Assembly: GCA_040392045.1 (NCBI GenBank)
Contig: JBEBWR010000001.1
Coordinates: forward strand, 1-50,366
Origin: Chthoniobacter flavus
GTDB lineage: Bacteria > Verrucomicrobiota > Verrucomicrobiia > Chthoniobacterales > Chthoniobacteraceae
Direction of reading: 5' to 3'
Length of the DNA: 50,366 nucleotides
Part shown: piece after piece, positions 45,024-50,366 of the stretch
Layout: each line of letters opens with the position of its first letter
How positions within the stretch are numbered: position 1 is the stretch's first letter
Translations under genes and position numbers: made by a program
The notes under the pieces: model-generated
Database searches by the model: none
What the model saw: only the letters and a program-made list of their open reading frames with translations
What the model was told of the DNA's origin: nothing

Positions 45024-45699
45024 AGATATACTCGGGATTGAAATACTCCTCGGCCTCCTCCCGCGAGAGCGCCTCGGCATGACCATCCATGAAAAGAATA
45101 TTTGCCTTCCCCCGATGGCGCAGCTGGACGCCATCGGATACCTTCGCGATATTCACGCGAAAGGTTTCCGAGCGGATGCCCGGGCCGATCTCCGCCTTCG
45201 TCGCGCTGTCCACCAGCATCGGCCGACGCGCCAGATCCGGAATCGCGGCCAGACGAAGTGTATAGGTCTGTGCATTCCCGTTGGGCGGGGTCGGCTGGCC
45301 ATCCGGGGCGGCCATATTGAAGCCGTACGTATTCCAGGCCCACGAGGCGCTGGTGATCTCGTATTGGCTCCGCCCCTCGGGGCAACGCAGGCTGGAGGGA
45401 TCGGTGAGATAGCCCCGGACCTGTAGCGTCAGGCCCCAAATCGCCGTACCCGTATTTCCTCCCCGGGCGAAACTGCGAAACTCCCCGTTGTTATCCGCGA
45501 TCAGCCGATGGAGCAATACCCCCGTTGACCGTTGATTGGCGGCACATCGGAAAGCGCGGCTGGAAGCGCGCGCGGAAGAGATCGCAGGGAGGATCAGCGC
45601 CGTCAGGACCGCGATCACCCCGATGCCCAGCAGCAGCTCGGTCAGAGTGAAGCCATTGGGCCTTTTCATCGTTTCGGAATGAGCGCCGGACATACGCAT
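45001..45699 (-). CDS. prepilin-type N-terminal cleavage/methylation domain protein, H-X9-DG family
   Basis: The N-terminus is ...MKRPNG|FTLTELLLGIGVIAVLTALILP. The C-terminus HRGKANILFMDGH is H-X9-DG. The start is either ATG 45699 or ATG 45669 (MKRPNG). Confidence 0.85.
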   Translation of the reverse strand: MRMSGAHSETMKRPNGFTLTELLLGIGVIAVLTALILPAISSARASSRAFRCAANQRSTGVLLHRLIADNNGEFRSFARGGNTGTAIWGLTLQVRGYLTDPSSLRCPEGRSQYEITSASWAWNTYGFNMAAPDGQPTPPNGNAQTYTLRLAAIPDLARRPMLVDSATKAEIGPGIRSETFRVNIAKVSDGVQLRHRGKANILFMDGHAEALSREEAEEYFNPEYIYDANRGY

Positions 45700-45715
45700 G
45701 GGAGGAGGGGAGGAA

Positions 45716-46561
45716 TTATCGTTTTCTGGCGATCCTTATCCCTCCCGCGATCAGCAATCCTCCGGCAGCCAGCGAAATCGCCGTGCCCGGCTCGGGAATG
45801 GAGGTGACGGCGCGGACGTCGTCGAGGTACCAGTTCATGGCAGTGTTCGCCGTCGTCGCGTCGACGGGATGGATATGAATCTGATCGAGCGAGCGCATAT
45901 CGCGATAGAAGAAGAGATCCCCTGTGCTCCAGGTTTTGCTGGGGTTGGCGATATCCACAATGGTCACGCTATAGGTCTGCGCCTGAAGGTTCGCATCGAT
46001 GGTGAATTCGTACCAGCGATCCTCAATCAGACGGTTATTGCTCGGGTTGGTCGCATTGGTGGCGCTACCGGTACCGGGACCGGTAGTCCGTGTGAGAACG
46101 CTGACGGTCCCGGAGGAGTAAACCCGGAGACTGGCAAACGAATTATTCGCTTCCAATGTCGAGTCCTGAAGATTGATGCGGTAATCGCTATTTGAGAAGG
46201 AGTCGATCATCAGCTTGAACGAAATGGAGAACGTATCCGCGCTTTCGGCGCTGCCGACCAGACGGTCGAAATTCCGGCTGAACGCGCCGCGGTCCTCCAT
46301 ATTGGCCTCGCCCTGTAGATGGAGCACCTTGTTGTTCGGAGCCATCCCGCCGGTGGAACTGCCATCCTCCACCGTCGGCGTCAGGTCTCCGGAAGCGGTC
46401 CACGGGTTGTCATTCCCATCGTCGGGCGTCGTCGGCGCGGTCCCGGTGGCATAGGTTTCAAACGTATCATCCAGCAGGAGCGTGGTTGCCTCCGCCCGGG
46501 CAGAGAGCAGGGCGGTGCCGAGGGCTGCGGTGGAGACCAGAAGGAGCAGGGGCTTATTCAT
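45716..46561 (-). CDS. PEP-CTERM-anchored secreted protein (LamG/lectin-like domain inferred)
   Basis: Signal peptide is MNKPLLLLVSTAALGTALLSARA. The C-terminus is TSIPEPGTAISLAAGGLLIAGGIRIARKR. The start overlaps the upstream stop as ATGA. Confidence 0.8.
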   Translation of the reverse strand: MNKPLLLLVSTAALGTALLSARAEATTLLLDDTFETYATGTAPTTPDDGNDNPWTASGDLTPTVEDGSSTGGMAPNNKVLHLQGEANMEDRGAFSRNFDRLVGSAESADTFSISFKLMIDSFSNSDYRINLQDSTLEANNSFASLRVYSSGTVSVLTRTTGPGTGSATNATNPSNNRLIEDRWYEFTIDANLQAQTYSVTIVDIANPSKTWSTGDLFFYRDMRSLDQIHIHPVDATTANTAMNWYLDDVRAVTSIPEPGTAISLAAGGLLIAGGIRIARKR

Positions 46562-49056
46562 AGACGGTATGGGGAGGTTTCAATGAGGTCGGCGATCCGC
46601 TCGCGCCATTGTTGCAGCAGGGCGGGGTCGAGCGAAAATTCATGACTGCTTTTGACCAGTTCGTCGGGAACACGTAGCGCTTCGTCAGCTTTGCGAAGCC
46701 ATTCGGTTTGTCGGGGAGAACGCGAAGCGGACTGTCGGGCCTGTTCCGCCTGTTTCCGCAAAAGCTTCCAGTACCAGAGATCCTCCAGCCCATCGCGGAA
46801 GTTCTCCAGTCGGATGGAAGCGAGCGGCGTGCCTTTTGGCCCGGGGTAGACCAGGTAGCCTTCTCCGTTGTATCGCTCGTCTTTGGAGAAAGCCAGTGCG
46901 CACGGGTCCCAGTCAGTAAAGGGTCCCGAGGCGATCAGTTGGCGAGGGGGGCGGTCCGGCAGCGACCACGTTCGCAGCAGCGAGTAGTAGAGGAATCCGT
47001 CGGGCCGATATTTGGCCGACATTGCCCCGTGCATGATCCGGAGATCCATCGCGGGATATTCGATAAACTGATTCGGGTAGGGATGCGCGGGCGTCTTGCA
47101 GTTGTACCACCAGACCTTCTTCCCCTGTTGGCGCGCCTCGACCGCCTTCGCCGGGTTAAAGTCGTGAATGAGCGGAATCCAGCTATCGATAGCTCCGGTT
47201 TGCCCGTCCGTTCCGTAGCTGCGATCAGTCGCCGTGGTAGCGATCTCCACTCCGGGGAACCTCGTCTTCACCGTTTGCGCGATCGTCTCCACCGCCGGGA
47301 GGTAAGCCGTGGGCACCTCGTCCATCCCGTAGAAGTAGGCGTGCTCAAGCAGATTCCGTCGCTTGGCCTCTTCATAGATCGGGGCGATCTTGTCCATTAC
47401 CTTGTCAAGCATTGCGCGGTATTCCCCGCTCTCCAACCGCTTCCGCTGGAGGCCGCCGCCGAACCCGAGCGGATAGAGATTAAACGTCGCGAGGCGGCCT
47501 TGGCTGCGGAGATGCTCCAGCACTTCCCAGTCCGGAGCCTGAGGAACGTAGAGATTATCCCACCCCAGAAAATAGTCCGCCTGAAAGTCCGCCCATTGGT
47601 ATTTGAGCCGCTCCCATGGTTCACCGCTCAGCCGGGTCAGAATCCGTGCCGTCGGCGCCGGGATCGCGATCGGGATCGGCGGTCGCGCGGGGAGCGTGAA
47701 ATCGCGCACGCGCACCGTCAGCTTCCGGCGGACCTCCGGCGTATCCTTCGCCTTTACCGTCAGTTCGCCCTCATAGACCCCCGCTGCCTGACCCGCGTCC
47801 GGGCGAACGCGTATCCAGAAGCTCTGCGCATCGCCGTCCGCGATCGCTAGTGATTGCACAAACGGCAGTAATGGGTCCGGCCACCACCCCGCATAGGCAA
47901 AGTCATACGCGGGAGCCTCCGTCCTGACGAATCCCACCGGCGACACCGTCACGACGCCTTCAGGAAGCGCTTCCCCCTTTTCATTGACAAAGCTTCCGGC
48001 CTTCACTTCCACCTCCTCCAGCCCTTTCCCGAACGGAATGACGACCAACTGAACGCCCTCTGCTTCCCTTCGGGCCACGCTCAGCGCGGCATGGCTGCCG
48101 GTGCTTAGCGCATCCAGCGGCATTTCCCGGGGGATCACCTTTTCCGTGGAAGCCGCCCACGCTACCGCGTAGCCCTCCGCCTCGGCCCGGGCGCGTAGCG
48201 GCACCAGCGACTCCGAGCGCCGGATCTTCCGGATCAGCGCCGCTGCGTCGGACGCCGTGGCATCCAGCTGCTCCGCGTCGCCGATGCTTTCAAATCGGGC
48301 CAGCATCGCGTGCCATGCCGTCTTGAGATCGTCCGCCTCCGGGTTCTTGCGCTTCAAGGTTTCCAGCGCCGCTTTTCCTTCGCTCCGCAGAGGAGCAAGT
48401 CGCAGCTCCCTGAGCGCGACCTGATACGGCTCCGGCAGCTCGGGGAGAGGGTCGCCCTTCTTTAGCAGGAAGAGCGAGGAGATATGGAGATGAAAGTCCG
48501 CGTGAGGCCGCGTGGCATAAAGCAGTAGCGCGCCGATCCGGCTCTGATCCATGCGGTCAACCAGAATGCCCCGCATCATCGTGGACATCGGCTGAACAAT
48601 CCGGAAATGCGAATACGCAGGGATCGCCGCCTTGATGCCGCGCCAGTTTCCCGTAGCCAGTTGGCTAGTGGCCTCATCCGCCACTTTCAGCCCGATCAAC
48701 TGAACGCTGGCCGTAGGGTTTACCACATCCATCACCACCCGGTCGTAGTCCGACCAGTCCGTCGGAAAGCCTCGCTCCAAGCGCCACGTGGGCCACTCGT
48801 TTTTCCCCGGCTCCCATTTCGGCGTATAGAGCTTGAACGAGTACGGTTGGTTCAACCCGAAGCGCTCCGTGTACTCCATACCCGGTACGCCGCCCGGCGC
48901 TTTGACATAGTCCCAGCGATGCAACTCTCTGGCATTTGCGAACGTCAGCACCTCCAGCGGCTCGGCGATCGCGGGGAACGAAGCGGCCAGTGCAAACGTC
49001 AGCGAGAGGCAGCCCCGCGCGGACCAGCGGGAGTTTGGGGGAGACAGACGAGTCAT
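46558..49056 (-). CDS. DUF4091-containing, GH123-like secreted glycosidase-like protein
   Basis: The ATG at 49056 gives a signal peptide ...LSLTFALAASFPAIA. The C-terminal GEGYLVYPGPKGTPLASIRLENFRDGLEDLWYWKLL matches my recollection of the DUF4091/GH123 signature. The track ORF extends to 49122. Confidence 0.6.
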   Translation of the reverse strand: MTRLSPPNSRWSARGCLSLTFALAASFPAIAEPLEVLTFANARELHRWDYVKAPGGVPGMEYTERFGLNQPYSFKLYTPKWEPGKNEWPTWRLERGFPTDWSDYDRVVMDVVNPTASVQLIGLKVADEATSQLATGNWRGIKAAIPAYSHFRIVQPMSTMMRGILVDRMDQSRIGALLLYATRPHADFHLHISSLFLLKKGDPLPELPEPYQVALRELRLAPLRSEGKAALETLKRKNPEADDLKTAWHAMLARFESIGDAEQLDATASDAAALIRKIRRSESLVPLRARAEAEGYAVAWAASTEKVIPREMPLDALSTGSHAALSVARREAEGVQLVVIPFGKGLEEVEVKAGSFVNEKGEALPEGVVTVSPVGFVRTEAPAYDFAYAGWWPDPLLPFVQSLAIADGDAQSFWIRVRPDAGQAAGVYEGELTVKAKDTPEVRRKLTVRVRDFTLPARPPIPIAIPAPTARILTRLSGEPWERLKYQWADFQADYFLGWDNLYVPQAPDWEVLEHLRSQGRLATFNLYPLGFGGGLQRKRLESGEYRAMLDKVMDKIAPIYEEAKRRNLLEHAYFYGMDEVPTAYLPAVETIAQTVKTRFPGVEIATTATDRSYGTDGQTGAIDSWIPLIHDFNPAKAVEARQQGKKVWWYNCKTPAHPYPNQFIEYPAMDLRIMHGAMSAKYRPDGFLYYSLLRTWSLPDRPPRQLIASGPFTDWDPCALAFSKDERYNGEGYLVYPGPKGTPLASIRLENFRDGLEDLWYWKLLRKQAEQARQSASRSPRQTEWLRKADEALRVPDELVKSSHEFSLDPALLQQWRERIADLIETSPYRL

Positions 49057-49120
49057 GCCATCAACGATAACGCGCCGAAAAACTTGCCAAAGGAAAAACC
49101 AGTGGCCATAAAAAAGAACC

Positions 49121-50227
49121 ATGCCGAAACCCGACCCGATTTCCCGATCGGTCTACCAAAGCCGTACCGAGCAGGTTCTTGCCCACCTTCGCCAATGCCT
49201 CGAGGAAGGGCTTTGGACCGGCTCGCTTCCGGCGGAGCGACAGCTTGCCGCCCAGTTGGGAGTAGGGCGAAACACCGTGCGCGCCGCGATCCAGAAGCTC
49301 CGGCAGGAAGGGCTGGTCCGCGAGCGGAGTCCACGCGGCACCCTGCTGGCTACCGAAGCGCCAGCGCCGAAGAGACGAGCGTCCTCCGTAGGGATCATTT
49401 TCAACTCCCCGGCGCAGCATCTCATCGGAAAGGAATTGATCTACTTCGGAGAAATTCAATCGTTCCTTGCCGACAAAGGGATCGAGCTTACCGCTTACCA
49501 CACCACGTACCCGCCCCGTAGCGTCTCCCCGGGATTCCGGAAGATCATCGCCTCCGGCGCCTCCCATGCCCTCTGGATTCTGCTATCGCCTTCCGAAGCC
49601 ACGGAGCGCTGGTGTATCGAGAACCGGGTACCCGCCATGCTGGTAGGCGCGGGAATGAAAGGCGGCCTGCCGGGAATTGCGATTGATATCTACGCGTGCT
49701 GCCGTCACGCCGTTGGCCAACTTCTGGCAAAGGGCCATCGGCGCGTCGCCATGCTCCTCCCTGTCAACGAAAAAGGCGAAGACTACCATGCCCGCCGCGG
49801 TTTCCTTGACGCCGTAGAAGAGTCCCCCCATCGGAGCGAAATCACGGCCCGCATCGAAGTGCACCAGACCACGAAAGCGAGCGTCTGCCAATCCATTGCC
49901 CGCCTGCTGGCGCTGAAGGAGCGCCCCACCGCTCTTCTGATCTGCCGGACGGGACATTATATCACCGCACACTCCTACCTGCTCAAGCGCGGCATCGACG
50001 TTCCGGGAGATATCTCCCTGATCAGCCGGGACCACGACCTTTTCCTCGGCGACCTCGTCCCGGAGCCCTCGCGCTACGAAATCGACCGTCCCCGGCTCGC
50101 GCGAGCCGCCGCGAGGCTGGCCTACCGGCTGGTGGAATTCCGAATTTCCCCACACTCCCCAAAAAGCATGATCCGAATCCCTCCGGATTTCGTGAAAGGC
50201 GAGACCTTGGCAGCGGTTGCCCGGTAG
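49121..50227 (+). CDS. hybrid transcriptional regulator: GntR-type wHTH plus a LacI/periplasmic-binding-protein-like sugar-binding domain
   Basis: The N-terminus has LPAERQLAAQLGVGRNTVRAAIQKLRQEGLV. The C-terminus has GHRRVAMLLP...LLICRTGHYITAHSYLLKRGIDVPGDISLISRDH. It is divergent from the 49056 operon with a 64-nt gap. Confidence 0.8.
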   Translation: MPKPDPISRSVYQSRTEQVLAHLRQCLEEGLWTGSLPAERQLAAQLGVGRNTVRAAIQKLRQEGLVRERSPRGTLLATEAPAPKRRASSVGIIFNSPAQHLIGKELIYFGEIQSFLADKGIELTAYHTTYPPRSVSPGFRKIIASGASHALWILLSPSEATERWCIENRVPAMLVGAGMKGGLPGIAIDIYACCRHAVGQLLAKGHRRVAMLLPVNEKGEDYHARRGFLDAVEESPHRSEITARIEVHQTTKASVCQSIARLLALKERPTALLICRTGHYITAHSYLLKRGIDVPGDISLISRDHDLFLGDLVPEPSRYEIDRPRLARAAARLAYRLVEFRISPHSPKSMIRIPPDFVKGETLAAVAR

Positions 50228-50314
50228 GGAAGAGCCAAGGGCTCACGTAATTGGAAAGTCGGAAACACCCGCGCGGCGGCGCGAAGAAACGGGCGAAGTC
50301 CGGAATGATGGAGA

Positions 50315-50366
50315 TGGGTTGGGTGGGACTCGAACCCACAACCAACGCCTTAAAAGGGCGCTGCTC
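50315..50366 (-). tRNA. tRNA-Lys (anticodon TTT), 3' portion only (5' part lies beyond the window end)
   Basis: The reverse complement reads ...GCGCC-CTTTTAA-GGCGT (anticodon arm), variable TGGTT, T arm GTGGG-TTCGAGT-CCCAC, acceptor 3' strand CCAACCC, discriminator A. No CCA is encoded. Confidence 0.75.

Noticed and set aside
49057-49120. An operator in the 64-nt divergent gap between the DUF4091 operon and the hybrid regulator.
   Set aside because: Only weak, short symmetric fragments are present (for example TTGCCAAAGG / CCAGTGGCCA). There is no palindrome of at least 10 nt and no similarity to the other candidate operators, so there is not enough to call a site.
12779-50366. A tRNA-bounded genomic island (tRNA-Arg at 12779, tRNA-Lys at the window end, and an AT-rich 320-nt gap at 12851-13169 right after tRNA-Arg).
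   Set aside because: There is no integrase, transposase or excisionase gene. I could find no direct repeat of the tRNA 3' end. The two tRNAs are different species on opposite strands. The gene content is the same type as on the other side of tRNA-Arg (cassette A at 0.2-6.8 kb).
1-50366. A CRISPR array, defence system, toxin-antitoxin pair, retron/DGR, prophage or IS element.
   Set aside because: No regularly spaced short repeats were seen. There are no Cas-like, nuclease/helicase/ATPase, reverse transcriptase, transposase or phage structural proteins among the ORF translations. Every confident CDS is a regulator, a transporter, an envelope-sorted protein or a carbohydrate-active-type protein.

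Overview
This is a high-GC bacterial chromosomal segment of about 50 kb, with sampled 60-nt lines ranging from 43 to 72% GC. Three gene families point to Verrucomicrobiota (Opitutales-like) or a related PVC-group organism: PEP-CTERM proteins, prepilin-like H-X9-DG proteins and autotransporter-associated beta-strand repeat proteins. This taxonomic call is an inference, not a database hit. I call 39 CDS (one partial), tRNA-Arg(CCT) at 12779-12850, and a partial tRNA-Lys(TTT) running off the 3' end. Nearly all of the window is glycan-utilisation-type coding sequence. It includes three LacI regulators, one GntR/FCD regulator, one GntR-HTH/sugar-binding hybrid regulator, and a CUT1-type ABC importer (binding protein plus two permeases, no ATPase). 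It also includes a Gfo/Idh/MocA oxidoreductase, an SGNH esterase, a CE7-like acetylxylan esterase and a ROK kinase. Several large glycosidase-like proteins of poorly characterised families are present (two DUF4838-like, one DUF4091/GH123-like, one GH42-like, one TIM-barrel GH-like, two BNR/Asp-box propellers). The most notable feature is a cassette repeated five times. Each copy has its own regulator, a secreted lectin-like protein (PEP-CTERM-anchored in four copies; in cassette B a tail-less beta-strand-repeat protein sits next to the pseudopilin and the PEP-CTERM paralog lies upstream of the regulator), then a pseudopilin-like H-X9-DG gene, then glycosidase-like enzymes. None of the cognate machinery (exosortase, prepilin peptidase, T2SS/T4P ATPase or secretin) is in the window. 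Other observations include tandem DUF4139 paralogs sharing a 178-nt identical tract and a repeated TTGACA-plus-palindrome operator/promoter element flanking one cassette. There are also CG-centred palindromes downstream of LacI genes, a ROK kinase that has lost all zinc ligands, and a lower-GC stretch across about 20.6-35 kb. I saw no CRISPR array, transposase, integrase, phage genes or recognisable defence system.
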